A stretch of 60,550 bases of DNA, filler included, from Sphacelaria rigidula (GCA_964200075.2; 5 parts of 5 records of this genome joined end to end with filler, not necessarily neighbours in it); one strand, 5' to 3'; counted from the first letter of the whole stretch, positions 34,682 to 48,181 are shown. The notes: generated by a model not told the origin, from the sequence alone. Made by a program: numbers and translations.

Positions 34682-35327
34682 ATCGAGAGCAACTCATACG
34701 CGGGGTGGCGTCGCTTTGGCAGTGCTCGCTACGCTGGTAGTAGCCGTGTTGCTGTATGCCTCGCAACAGGGCAACAATAGTGATACTTGTCGTGTGTATT
34801 TCACCTTCCCGTATGCCTCGTCGACGATGTCAATGGATCGGACGAACTTGTTCAATCGACCGTTAGAGTGCGTCTCCACAACAACTGCAGTTGCACCGGT
34901 GATGGCGGCGGTAACCTTGGCAATACTCTTGCTGTTATTCGCGAGCAAGGTCCTAGTAGAGGCAAGGCTAGCCTCGAAGGTCCGCCGCAAGCTGCGCGAG
35001 AAACTGGAGGACTCTTTCGATCGCCCATCTTGTGTCGCGTCGAGCTGGGTGCGGGCGGGTGTTACCGTCGTCACCGTAGGCGTCGGGCGTGTAAGAGTAG
35101 CTGCTACTGCTGCAACACTGACATCGAACGAGCAAGATGAGTTGCGGCCGACAATTGGATGGGTCGAGGATGAGGCACATGACCGGATGGGCCAGTATGG
35201 CGGCGGCAGTAGCGGCAGTGGTGGTGGTGATGATGATGTCGGTGGTGAAGCGTCACCTGGTGATGGTCCTGACCTCTTGACGGTGAGAGGTTTTGTTGTT
35301 CGCGAGTTGTGTCTGTACGCAGACTGA
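34572..35327 (+). CDS. Hypothetical 251-aa protein with polyQ tract and two predicted transmembrane segments
   Basis: ATG-initiated ORF with a (CAG)10 tract, hydrophobic stretches GGVALAVLATLVVAVLLYA and VMAAVTLAILLLLFA, and a Gly/Asp-rich tail. No homology recognised. Confidence 0.5.
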
Positions 35328-35555
35328 CTCTCACCATTTTGCCTCTGTGAAGGTTCAGTTCGTCCGTGCAGTATATCTGTGTATTATGTCTTGAGCGAGT
35401 CTATTCGCCCGTGACCCTTGGCTACTTCCATGGTACTTACTCTCTGCAGCATGACGTCGCTTACAGGCAGTAGGTGGCCCTTAATGAAAATGTTAGGATT
35501 GCCCGGTCTCAGTACACACACACATATATTTCATGTAGAAACGAACTCTGCTTAG

Positions 35556-35556
<1 letters not shown>

Positions 35557-35587
<31 letters not shown>

Positions 35588-35650
35588 CGTTGTTGTTGCT
35601 ATTGTCTTCACAACACAGATTGCCCCAATCCATGAGCATCTCTACATTCA
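35557..35650 (-). repeat. (GTT)n microsatellite, likely the (CAA)n tail of a minus-strand retroposon
   Basis: The minus strand reads ...ggattggggcaatctgtgttgtgaagacaatagcaacaacaac... Confidence 0.7.
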
Positions 35651-35667
35651 TGTATATCATCGCATGA

Positions 35668-35872
35668 GGCCGTATCTTAGTTCCTTTCTTCGCACATTAG
35701 TTTTCGATCGAAATGGTGCAGCGGAAAGCAAAAATCCCGATCTGATAGATCGTAATTTCAACCATCGTCGTCAATTTTGAAGATGGTTGAAATCATGACC
35801 TATCAGATCAGGATTTTGTTTTCCACCGCACTTTTTCGATCGAAAACTCATGTGCTACAGTAAGACAGGCCC
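35668..35872. mobile_element. Short Harbinger/Tourist-like MITE (~205 bp)
   Basis: tga|GGCCGTATCTTA...gttttcgatcgaaa ... tttcgatcgaaaac...TAAGACAGGCCC|tta. It shares the TTCGATCGAA subterminal motif with 12824-13644. Confidence 0.6.
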
Positions 35873-36292
35873 TTATCAAATTGTTGTCGTGTCGAAAACG
35901 TGCGGTCGAATCGAATTCGCTCATTTCTGATTCGTCCACTCTATTCATATTCTCAGATTTTTGAGAACATGAATGCCGTGGACGTATCAGGTACGAGCAA
36001 ATTCGATTCCGCCGTACGTTTGTCAGTCGAAAACATTTTGATCCAGCCGGCACCAGCGCTGGCCAAATAACAGAACCTGCCAGCAGAGTAGAACCAGTCT
36101 CACATTGCATTTGTGCGGACCGGCCGGTCCAACCAACCCCATTTTTGAATCCACCCGAGCACAACAGAGCCGGCACACCATTTTTTGAACGCACCCGCAC
36201 AAAACAGAGCAGGGATATAGGGCACTGAGACCGCATGTAGCGGCCACGGGGGAACACAGAGTTTCTCCTCTATGAAAATGCCAGTCTTCCTA

Positions 36293-36392
36293 NNNNNNNN
36301 NNNNNNNNNNNNNNNNNNNNNNNNNNNNNNNNNNNNTTAATTAATTAANNNNNNNNNNNNNNNNNNNNNNNNNNNNNNNNNNNNNNNNNNNN
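36293..36392. other. Synthetic spacer (segment junction 3)
   Basis: N44-TTAATTAATTAA-N44. Confidence 0.97.
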
Positions 36393-36452
36393 ATTTGTTG
36401 CTTGCCTTAGTCATTTGACCATTGACCACGCATCCCTTTCGAGACGGAGCAC
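36393..36452 (-). mobile_element. LINE 3' end fragment (GAPSRKGCVVNGQMTKASNK), cut by segment edge
   Basis: Near-identical to the 26709 copy. Its 5' junction lies at a G-run. Confidence 0.8.
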
Positions 36453-36705
36453 CGTAGGGGGGGGGGGGTCTTTTGGGCCGGGTTTTTCCACGAAATTCCA
36501 CTTCGATCGTCTCCGAAAGTATCCAACGAGTGTTCGAACGCGCTTGCTCCTGAGAAATAACGATCATCCATACTGCTTTACACCGCTGTTACCCAAATAC
36601 AAGCGCACCGCGAGTGTTTTAGGTCGTTTGGCGCATCTACGAGCACATTTTTCTCGTGCAGTCGAACCCCCCCGCCCCCCCCCCTCCTCCTATCGTTCCA
36701 CTGTC
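36453..36705. mobile_element. MITE of the GAC-terminus group (G-run variant), left end disrupted by the LINE fragment
   Basis: The right end C-run-tcctcctatcgttccactGTC is the reverse complement of GACagtggaaCGATAGg-G-run. The left end retains tag followed by a G-run. Confidence 0.5.
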
Positions 36706-37129
36706 ATATTGTTGATCCTTTTGGGCTCAGGACTCTAGTAACCGTTTGCCAGCATGTTGCCTATATGTTTCTCTCCTCGTCCGATCAACCAATTAATCGC
36801 GAGTATCTACGTTTTGTCCGCCTTGGGTACGTGAATCGTTTGGCCACGGCTAGATTCCCCGAGGATCAGTTAATATGTGACAATCCATCAAATATAATCA
36901 ACCAAATCACATATTGTAGGGGGGGAGAGACCAAGTGGACAACGACCAAAATCCAGCAGGTTCTTTGGTTTCCATTTTTTTCGAATGCGTGCCCAGAAGC
37001 CCGTTGCCACCGCTCTAATCACAACGTAAAAGGTGTATCAAGAGAAGTCCAGGTCTTTGAGGGTAAAAAACGACACGATAAACGATCTTTGCTTATTTTT
37101 CACTGGAACTCACCAGCGGTAACGACGCG

Positions 37130-39350
37130 CTTCGGCTGGCAACGCAATCGGCAGATACCGCCACAATATGGCATGGGCGAATGAGACATCAAAATCGCGA
37201 ACGCTTATACCTCCTGAAGAAGGTTGATGACAACGAGGTGAACTTCGGTGAAACCGTACCGGAACATGACGATTGTGCCGTTGGGGAGAGTCATCAACTG
37301 GCCCATCCGAAGACGGCGATCACAGAAGTCCAACGCGCCTTCCAGCCGGTTATGGTCGATTTGAGGAGACAATTCACGCCGGAGGCGCTAGGGAGCTTCA
37401 AGTATACCTGTACGATCTCCGATGAGTACACCACATGGACGGACATTAACTTCCTGAAGACCGAGGACGGCGCACTCCGCGCACTCCAGTCGTTCGTACA
37501 ATCGATGGGCATTCCTGGCAGCGTTCAGGCCGAGTGACTAAGGGCTGACAAGGGGAAACGGGCCATTGACAACGACTTGCAAAGGCTACCGCCGGCAGAC
37601 AGGAGTTTTACCGAAGTACGCAAGCACCCTTGCGCCACGGCAAATCGGTCTGTCCGAACGCGTAGAGAGGACGCCCGCAACCAGGGCTCGGTACATGCAC
37701 GCCGACAGCGGTTGGCCAACCTTTCTCCAGAAGGAACTGATCTTCGTGGCAGCGCATCTTGCAAAGAGAGCATCGCATTCCCCGCTTGACGTGCAATCTG
37801 TGCACAAGGTTCTGAATGGGACGGGACCATTTCTACGGCATCTCCGCGGTATCGGAGCGAGCCCTTTCTTCCATATCGGGCGGCGCGCCCAAAACCTTGC
37901 TCAAACGGTTGGAGGACGATCGGTCCGGTACAGCAACCCCCGCAAGAGCAACCGCGTTTACAACTCGGCTACCCAAGATATCGCGGAGGGCAGGAACGTC
38001 GTTTTCATCCAAGACGCCGTCACTCCTTACGCCTGCGATGGAGCCACAACTTCTGATACACCCATTTTCACTCAGTGACGAGCAACATGACGACAGTAAG
38101 GACCACAACTACGCCACTGACGGCGACTTCCTACGCAACCTTTGCGATGACACCTCCGTACTAGCTCAACCGGCTTATTCTTTTGACGGTCATGCCGCTG
38201 CCAGCGGAGTCTCTATAAATCCACAGGTGGTCGAGCTTCCGGAGAGACCAGCGCCATTATTAGGCGAGATATGCTGCACGAAGGTGCCACACCCGGCGGA
38301 GGGACGCTGCCGAGGGGAACATCGGACACTGGTGAACCGTCGGAGCGATCCGTGGAACCCCTACAAGACGGAGTTGGCAAGCTCATGGAGAATCACCGCC
38401 GCTCAACCACCGCCGACCCTCTCGCCACCAAGTGACACCTGCGGTGACACGTCCAGCATCGCAGCGCCCTTTTTCGCTTAAAACAACGCCAACAACGATA
38501 ACCCAGCTTCCGCGCATCTAGCGGCGATCGCCAACGACAACATGTTTTCCGAGCGACGGTGACAGATACTCTACACAATATGGTCCCACCAGGTGTCGCA
38601 CACCAGACGTGTGAAGCATGATCCGTCGTGGAGTATGCCTATACAACGATCAGCCTCTCAAGTACTTGGCGGGGGAGAACACCGACAACACTTCCAGATA
38701 CGTTCGATGAGGCCATGAACCTGCCGGCAAAGGAACACTGGAAGGCGGCCTCGGACAGGGGAGTGGCAAGTCTTGAAACGAACAACGTGTACACTCTTGT
38801 GCCGGCCACCTTCTATCCACCCTGGAACTAGCTCATCGATTCTCGCTTTTCGAAACGCTGAACTTGAGGACGTGTGTGTAGTAATGGTGCCCGGATACGA
38901 CGAGTTTAACGCCAACGGAATTCCGATGGTAATTCGTCTCCGCAAAAGCCCCTAAGACTTTCGTCACAGCCCAAACTGCTGGTGGGACACAGTTAATACA
39001 CGCCTGGCGGAGATTGGGTGAAGAGCCTCAAGTCGGACCCCGGGGTATACATCTATCCGGAGCGCGGCGATGTCTACATGTTAACCTTGTACCTTGATGC
39101 CGTTTTACAGCTCGGAAAAGCTTTCACAGCCCTGGAAAAGATCAAGTGGAAACTAATGGGACGTGTTTCGATGGACAACATGGGAGACGTGTCGTTGGTG
39201 CTCGGGATGGGGGCTACCCGTGACCGCGAGAAGATGACAGCAGGCATCACGCAAGAAAGCCATACCAATTTTTTGCCGGGGCGATACGGGATGGCGAACG
39301 GCAGCCCAGTGTGCACTCTTGGGGTGGGACATAAACTGTCACTGGAATAG
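37130..39350 (+). mobile_element. Degenerate Ty1/copia LTR-retrotransposon pol (GAG-pre-integrase, integrase, partial RT); no LTRs recognised
   Basis: Recognisable motifs: WHGRMRH..., CAVGESHQLAHPK, VMVDL, ISDEYTTWT, RADKG, PRQIGLSERVER, PDTFDEAM..WKAA..LETNNVYTLVP, AFRNAELE, RLRKS, KSDPGVY, LTLYLDAVL (decayed YVDD) and MGDVSLVLGM. The integrase-before-RT order is the copia arrangement. There are many frameshifts and stops and an internal RT deletion. Confidence 0.92.
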
Positions 39351-40989
39351 ACTCAAGACAAGCCGTCCTGGCAGCGTCTGAAACTCTGCAGCTGTAGTGT
39401 TCAGTTTGGCTCTCAGTACAGGGCAAAGCTCACAGCTGCAGGATTGAGCCTGGCGGTCGGTACTGCCAACATGGCCCACTGCCGGGGCTGTGTTTTGCAT
39501 CACCTCTGACACGAAACATAGACTCGTCTGTAGGTCGTATCACCCTATCTGCACTAGCCTTCTCTATTTGCTATACTGGTGCAGATGTTCTGCCAGGTTA
39601 GGAGCCCCGCAATGAAGACGATATGGGGCGAACCTACGCACCAGTCGAGAATAGGCCCCTTTTAAACGGAAAGCCCGATCAGGCTTTTGTTTGGGAGTAC
39701 GATGTAGCGTATGCTCATGAATGAGCAAGGCCAAGGGGGAGTCATGTCTGCCACGGGAACGCCGCCGGACGACCCTGGAGGAGAGGCGATCGCCCGGCGG
39801 ACAGCTGCGTAGAGACGAAACGACAAGCCATTGGCCGAAAGGATGACAATATATTCCCTCGAATCTGCGAATGGTATGTGTATCATGCATCACTGTGTAG
39901 CACTCCACCCGTCTCCATACCATCCCCTGGCGTTGATCAAAATCGAGGCGCGCGTGTTTGTCTCACCCGACTGCCAAAGATCTACCATTTTACAGCGCCA
40001 AGGAGTAGACGGAGAGATTGCTGCGTACGGGATTGCAAAACCAACTCTATAGCGAAAGTACTCATTCGAATAAACAAATAAACAGGTACGGTTTTTTCGC
40101 AAGACGATTTATAGTCTCCAGCGATCGAGCATTCCTCGTACAGCAGAGCTATCAATGGGTCTGATTCCTGTCCCCGTTTTCAAAAAGGCACCGTTCGAAA
40201 AATGCCTGTTTCGGTGCTTCGGCCTTGTGTCCCTCCTAAAGCAGCCTCGAGCAGCTCACTCTATCGCTGCACTGCACTGCATATGTGATGTTGCTATTCT
40301 ATGGAGGAAATGACTGCGATATTGGGCGCTGCAGCGTTTTTGTGACACGTCGAAAAGGGATGCGGAGATCATAGCACCTTAACCATGAAAGTGCCGTTTT
40401 CCCGTATGTCGGATGGGAAAATCGGAAACATCGAACGGAAGGTTTCCCAAAGTACCCCACTGTTTAGAGCGGGCCTTAGATGCAATACAGTGACATGAGA
40501 AGAGAGCCACGATGCTACTTCGATGCAGTGTTGTTGGGGATACGAAACAGACTACACATGTACAACAAAGCACGCGGCAAGGTAACCGGCGGCGTATGTG
40601 TGGACGACAGAACACAGAAACAGGGAATCCATGACAATCGAGTTATCCCAAGGTAGAACGGGAGGTACCGATCAAATAAAAGCCCCTCCGAGATGTTACT
40701 TGAGGCTGTGAAGAGTAAGTCAAGCGAGCCAGATGTCAATATCCAGCATGGCAAGCATATTCCACACTCTGGACAATAGGCAAAACAACAGCCTATTGCT
40801 TCAACAACAGACGCGGGGGGAAATCTGTCGTGATGTGTATATATTGTCGAACACAACTGATTATGAAACACGTCTCTTGACATGTATTGCAATGGGCAAT
40901 AGATGCCAAAAGCGTCGATCAACAGTTTATGGCAATTGCAACATGTTAAGATCACTGGGCACCGATGACATTTTTATACCGCAATAGAT

Positions 40990-41290
40990 TCTGGGATGTA
41001 TATACCGATATTCATGGCCGTCATCAGTAGATTTGATGAGCCGTCAATCGATATCTATTGCCGCCATCAATAGATTTGGCAAGCCATCTATCAATAGCTA
41101 TTATTGTCGTCATCAAAATACTTGGCAAGCCATCTATCGATAGCGCTTGTCGTTATCAAAATATTTGAGAACCGAGATATCGATAGCCTTTGCCGCCAAC
41201 AATTTGGGAGTATCTACCAGTAGACATTGCCGTCAAACAGGGATATTGTAGGGGGTATCTATCGATAGCCAGTGCTGCCAACGAGAGGTT
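40990..41290. repeat. Degenerate ~43-bp minisatellite with CTATCGATAG core, block 1
   Basis: Recurring tttggcaagccatctatcgatagc...gccgtcatcaa units. Confidence 0.7.
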
Positions 41291-42045
41291 TGGAATCAAT
41301 ACATTTAGATATATAATGTATAGTGTTCATTGCAGTGGTCTTACGGCATCTAATACAATAATCCTAACACATACTGTACAAAAACAACTACCTGAGGCGA
41401 TAGCCGGCAATAGCGTTTGTGAAAGATAAACGAAACCTACCAGAAAATGTGTATCAACAGCTATTGACGAACGTCATTCAGCTCCTATTTTTGCCAGCAA
41501 TAGGTATTGGCGACTGCGATCCAGATCCTATTGTGACCAGCAGTAGATATTGGTGGCCGCGATTCAGATCTGATTGTGACCGGCAACATGCGTTGGTGGC
41601 CATAATGCAGATCCTGTTGGGATAGGTGATAGACATTAGTGGGCGCAATTCAGAGGCTATTGCAACAACTATATCGATAGACGACTTGGCCACGCCATTG
41701 TCACGGCAATGGTACATATTGTCGCTTGTTCCGAATATATTGTTGCCTGTAATGGTAATCGATAAACAGTGGTGTCGGTCGATTATGGCTGGGCATCAAC
41801 ACAGCCACATTCTTGGGGCGATTATGGCGACAATCTTTGATTACAGTCTACACTTCAGGGTGTAAGCACATCTTGCCCACGTACGTGAGTACTCTGAACG
41901 CTCTCCTATGTCAGAGGGAGAACCCTGCCAACTCCACGCCAACAACATAAGTCGTAAACCTCTGTCCACGCATGTCAGTATATTCCTACAATATACAGCG
42001 GTTCCGTCTGTAGATCGTGACATCATTTTTTCACAAGCATTAATA

Positions 42046-42200
42046 ATGTGTGTGTTGCCATCCCCTCTATCCTAGACGCCAGTCTACACCTTTCGGCATG
42101 TGTGGGCGCATTAGTCAGGGTCACGCAGGAGGAAGGTCAACACAAGCGTTTGTTTATTTATTTCTCAATACATTTTGTTTCAGTTTTCCACCTTCCTTCT
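42046..42200 (-). mobile_element. Non-LTR retroelement 3' end with (CA)n tail
   Basis: Homologous to 28800-28990. Confidence 0.65.
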
Positions 42201-42349
42201 GCGATGCTCAGCATCATCACATATCCACCACATGTCCACCTCCGGCCTCTTGACGGTACTTCAATGTATCATATATCTCACACAAAGTATGCTACATTGT
42301 AGGTGTGGTAATTGATGACAAAGGATATCACTTCTCAGACATTGTGCAC

Positions 42350-42690
42350 CACAGTAGATTGGGGTATGTATTCATCGATAGCCATGCCGTTATCAACAAA
42401 TTTGGTACACAATCTATCGATGGCCACTGCCACCACCAACAGATTTGGTGCACAATCTATCAATAGCCATTGCCCTCATCAATACATTTGGCAAACAGTC
42501 TATCGATAGCCATTGCCGTCATCAACATATATGGAAAGCTATACTTCGTATATCGATAGAGTTGGTCGGTCTCAATAGCTTTCGGTGTAGGGCCACAACA
42601 GACTGCAGTTCGAGAAATAGTGTGGGAAAGGAGTCTATCGATAGACATTATCGATGACAAGAGACAGAGAAACTTCTCCATCGATACTCA
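42350..42690. repeat. Degenerate 43-bp minisatellite with CTATCGATAG core, block 2
   Basis: acaatctatcgatggccactgccaccaccaacagatttggtgc-like units, about 4 copies plus decayed ones. Confidence 0.8.
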
Positions 42691-45600
42691 TCACTGACGT
42701 CTGTTGCAGAAGATGATTTTATTGTTGCAGCATCTGTTGTCTATTGCTCAGGGTATGCTATTTACACCCGCCCCCGCCCCCCACGTAGGGTGGGAAGATC
42801 CAGAACATCAATTCATGGGCGATTAAAGCATTTGGGGGGCATGCGGGAAGGCGGCGGGGTGCACTCATGATCTTTCATGCCGTAGTGTTGAGTCAATTGA
42901 CCTGCCATCCCTACAAAACCGGGACGGAGCATTTCCGCCAGACCAGGCTCGCAATAACCAAGCGTGCAGCGCTGTGATGTATTCGACGAGTTGCACAAGG
43001 AGTGGTCTGTATTCTGCTAAGATTGCTCGGCCTGAAGCGTACTGATTATCCTGCATATGAAGGGCAGCCTGCCATGAGTTGCTTCATGTCTGGTATCGTC
43101 ACGTCCAGATACAGGCTTACACACTGCCTCATGGGTATCTTATTACTTGAACACTACGTAGTATCATCATCCCCTCCGCCCGACGTTGAGGCTCTTCACC
43201 ACGCACAAAATGATCTGAATCGACCATGATCATGGCGTGGGAGGGGGTAGGGGGAGGCCAATACGTTCGGTGGGAAGATCAAACACGTTGTTTGGCTGCC
43301 CGAGTCGTGATGCACGTAAGGAAAACAAGACGGGAATGCAGCGGCCTCATGAGCTGAAACCCTGTAGCGCCAAGTCGTTAGGCGGCTACCGGTTGACAGG
43401 GCTTTTCGGGAGGCGTGAGAATAGTTGTTTTTGGCGTAGACTCTCATCAATCGCATTTGCTTTTTGCTACGCACCTCTTGTAGAAAGTCGCTGCCACGCT
43501 GCCACGCATATGCTGGGCACAATAGGAATACGTAGCCCGTGCACAAGCCGCGATCATCAACACGCTTCCGTCTCAGGACAGTAGCATTCCACGGTAGCAG
43601 TGATCATGCGTACACCACAGTAGTGTGTGTATGTCACCAGCTGTGCTTGAAGCGTTCACCACGCACAGCTATTCTACTTGTTGTGGCTGAACATCCGGAT
43701 AATGAAGCGCGTCTGATGGGTACAGTGGTGTGCGTGCTGCAGACGGCGCGTGCGGGTACGGCTGGGTACTGTTTGGTGTGTTATGCATATCATTTTGTTC
43801 CACGAAAGATTTCCGCCCACAGCTAACTGAGCAGTAACAACACGATACAGTCATGAACAAGGTGCACTGAACTGCCGCGGTAAGCGCTTCCACTTTACAA
43901 CCCCCTCCCTCCTGCCCCATGTTGCATCTCGTGGCGGTGAGAGCTGGGGTGGAGAGATCGACCTCGGTTAGATCGGCTGTTGTGTTTTGAAGATACGTTG
44001 CGTTTTTCGTTTAATTTGCAGTCTCTCCCTCCTTCTCGGGACGAGTTTGTAGCCCCGAGGGATCGACCCGTCTCCCCCTCGGTACTTGCCTTACTGTTTA
44101 TTGCCGAGCATTGGACCAGCACTCCCGCGGCGCGTCGACCTTTGTTGCGTTTGTCAATAACTCACGTTCTCACTTTTCCACCACGGGAAGAGGTGTAACA
44201 CGATGTATCTGCGACGTTCGAACCCGCCACATCGCGCAACTCGACTCGACAATCGTGCAACTCGGCTTTACCACCGCGCAACTCGGCCTTACGACAAATC
44301 AGCTCCGTCGATGGGGTACGCGTGCGCAAAAAAGCCTCAGCTATGACTGAACCGGCTTGGGGCAAACGAGCACCCCCAGATACACTGATTTCCACTCGAC
44401 GGCATGAGCTCCAACACAACAGTATCTTTATGCGAGACGCAAACGCGCGGCTAATAGGACAATATCAGAAAGTTCACTGACACCACGGCACGAGCCAGGC
44501 GTCATTTGACCTTGTGCTATATGCATTTCGTAATGATTTGATATGCTTGTACGGACAATACGAAAATATACCGCGAAACGTCAACGCCTGAGTTAGCATA
44601 ATAGGAAGCCTCGTGCACAGGGTGCATCGTCGAGGGGGATTATAGGCCAGAGGTGGCCAGTTGATACGAAATTCATTGTATTTAATTCACCCGATTTTGC
44701 CCTCTCTCATACACATAAAACTACCGTGAAACACATGTTCACCACTCGTACACAACTGAACGAGGTGGGGTCGTCATACCTTGGGGAAACAATCATGCAA
44801 GATCACACGTCAGAATCCCATATCTTCGGTAGATATATACTGCAATCACTACATCGGGTGTACCTCAAACATAACTAATATCTTATTCGTACTTCCCCTA
44901 TACGTCATGATCCAATGCCAATATCCATCTCCCTTCCATCTAGGCAGGTCTACAGTCACAATCCTCGAGCGTAAGTATAATCGATCAGCAGGATCTATTG
45001 CAAGTAAACTCCCGCATACCACTGTTTGGGCCGTCCACGTACGTTCTGAATCTTGACCTGTGCAGTCCTTCCTGCCGGCGGCTTGTGGTGGAGAGTTGTG
45101 GTGTGTGGTGGTCCTCATGTGGATACGATTCATAGTGTCCGAGGAATGACTCCAGGCGCACGAGGAACCCATTTGTTAGTAGAGTAGATGGCTGGTAAAT
45201 TATAGGGTCGAGAACGAAAAAATCAGGAGAGGGAGGTGATGTATACTTAACCTTTCCCCCAGATATTTCAAGGAGTGCTCCAGAGCGGGAGGTAGGTGTG
45301 GTCGTACGCTGGGGAGGGCCAGAACTCTAACCTGACGTCTGCGCGATCACTTGTTGGACTCAACACTCACGGGTGGCTACTGGGATGCCTGCAACCTCGA
45401 ATTTGAACGTTACAGACCTTGCACAAGGTCTGTCACGTCCAAATTCGAGGTTACAGGTATCCCAGTGGTCACCCGCGCTCCATTGGTGCGTATGTATCCC
45501 ATAACCACACTGTGCTAACTAACTGGGTAACAGTCCTGAGTGGATTGTGCGCTACAGTAGGAATTTGCTGTACTTTGTGGACAAATTTTGCTAGTATCTG

Positions 45601-46410
45601 GCTTGTGGTGCTCTTCCTTTGGGGTAGAGAGAGGCAATATTTCTGGGCACGTGAGTGCCACATCCTCGTGCACGGTTCCTTTGGTAGCTTGGTTCTGTGC
45701 TCATCAAAACTTTAAAACAAGTGCAAGCACAGAGAACGTGAAGCGCGCGCGAGCTGCCCGGCTACTCCCAACTAATGGTGAAAGCCACGCCTTCGCTACT
45801 CACAATGACCTCAGTGCGTTTGTGGTGCAACGGTGTCTAATTTCTCGTGACCTCCATATCCGCTCAGGGTAGCTAGTGCCGTGCAACAGAACCGAGGGGC
45901 GCATGGTTCTCTGTACTTTTTGCAAGTACATGGAAAGCGCACACATGCATCAATGGAAACACCGGCTGGTGCGGTTCTCGAAACTATCAAGTTTTGAGTG
46001 CACCCAGAAGTCGAGGAACTTCCCCCGGGAGAGGGGTTAGGAATATACATAGAGCGGCTAGATGTATCGCAAATTCGAGCCCATCGGACGCCTTGACCGC
46101 GATGAGATGACCTGCTAATTATAGACTGCGCAGTTTCGCCTTGTTATCTTTGTCCGCCACCGATTGATGCGACACGCTGTACGTATTGCGCCACGATGTC
46201 ACCAGTGAAGCGATCTAAGAACAATGACCGAGCAACGGTTACAGCAGAATGGAACATGACTTACGGAAGTTGCGACCATATATCATCCAAGGAAAACGGA
46301 AAAGTTGTTTGCGGGCGCCACAAACATCAGCGTGTCACCTACTTTTGTCATTGCGTTGTACACGGCACATACAGCAAGGATCGAAGCCAAGCAACCACTC
46401 TATCAGCACC

Positions 46411-46711
46411 ATGAAGTCCATTCGGGGTGTTCTGCCTGCGGTACTTTTGGTTTTGTGTTGCTCAGTGGCGACTTCCACTGCCCCCACGGAACTGATGGAT
46501 GTCGAAACAGAGGGCATCATGAAGAGCAAGGGTACGGGGGACGCGTCATCGGGCACCACGAGCAAAATCGGCGAGGAGGGCGACGGCATGCCGTCTGCAC
46601 GTGCATTCGCAGCTTCGTGTGATGAGAAGGGTGATGATGGAGTGGGGGAAGCCAAATATCTTCCAGGAGACGAGCCTCTGCTCCCCGGGGAGCGTACGCG
46701 CGACGAGGATG
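46411..46711 (+). CDS. First exon of a putative secreted protein (signal peptide MKSIRGVLPAVLLVLCCSVATS); possible next exon 47559-47629
   Basis: caccATG start context, a typical signal peptide, an acidic low-complexity continuation and a G|GTGAGC donor. A downstream phase-compatible ccag|AA AAA CGT...CCG GCG|gtatcg is weaker evidence for a second exon. Confidence 0.6.
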
Positions 46712-48181
46712 GTGAGCATTAAGAGTACAGAGGGAACTCACGATGTGCGGACACGACGAGCGCGCGCAAATGTGTGTTTGTGTTGTGCCCTCCATTACAA
46801 AGGGGTTGGCGCTGCGGTATTTCACTGCGACTTCGTTGTTCGGTATCGTATCATGTTTTCGATCATGGCCGCCACGCTTGTGTGGAAGGGACAGTGGTGA
46901 GTGACAGGGTAGGTGTCAGCAGCATGTAATCAGCAATAGCTTTGAAGACAGATGTTCTAGATACTCCTAGTGGGTCGGTGGCCGGTTGGTGAAGGATGAA
47001 AACTAACCTGGATTCAACAGTCGGTGAGGGTTGGTGAGAGCAAGTATCTCGCGCTCCCAAGATGGCAGCCGGCTGTAGATGGACAAAACTGAGTGACCTT
47101 GCAGTACAGTACGCTATAGTGCATATACAGGAGTTTGATGACGCATGTGCGACTGCAATGTATCAAGAAGTGCTCTTTGCTTTGTCATTTCGGGCGTGTA
47201 AGACATGGCAAACACGATCCTCCGCCCTCTTCCCCAATCTCCCTGGATGTCTCTCCTGCCCATCGCGGAATTTTTTCGTCATGTTTTGGACGCGAGATTA
47301 CGCCGCACTTTGGATACGATGTACGCTGGCACGTCGTCAGCGCACACACGGTACTGTGCTGTAAGTCGTTGCTATCTCGCAGCATCCTGAAGCAAAGAAC
47401 ATAGAGTGCTTCATTGCACGCTGAGGCATAACGGCAGCAACAGCAGCCACAGCAGGCAAGAAGTATGAGTATCGACCTGCACCTATTTTCATATGCTGAT
47501 GATGTCGATCTTGGTACGCCTCCGATGACGAGTACAACACCCTCTGTGTGTGTGCCAGAAAAACGTGTGAGCCTCGATATCGTTGAGAAGCAGGACTCTA
47601 ACTCTTGGGAACAACGACGTCTTCCGGCGGTATCGATAGTTGATCGCCGTCCATGCAGCTTTCAAAAGCTCAGTAACCGCTGATTCCGCTGATTCCGATA
47701 AAACCGTGGGTAAAACTCTCGAGACAGCGTCTTAAACTCCGAAACCTGAGCATCATGGACAGCAGGAGCCCGTACAAGAGATGTTCAAGTATCAAGCCTC
47801 GATATTCAGAAGGACGTGCTGGCGCTATCATCAGGATCGATAGCCCATGTCACTGAGCCCCGCCCCCCCCCCCCCCCCCCCCGCCCAGCATGATCCATGG
47901 CCATGGAAGCTTGCAACCGGCAACGGCTGCAGCATGTGATTTGTTGACACAGTCACCACCTTCCATGAAAGATCCATGTCGCTCACACTAGGAAGCTGTT
48001 ACTCTCAGACAAGATCGACTGCGGTGGTCTCGTGTCGAAAATATTCACGGTATCACCAGGATATCGGTTAGATATCCGTTTTTCGTTCGCGCGAAGCTCT
48101 CCTACGTACAATATTTCACACGTCGGACGAGCACGAGTGTGACTCGTGGCACTCGCACTCGTTGGGCTGCTCGTTGGTCAT

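Noticed and set aside
39831-40052. Tc1 transposase motif (LHPSPYHPLALIKIE resembling LPPYHPELNPIE)
   Set aside because: A single weak motif with no flanking DDE residues or TIRs found.
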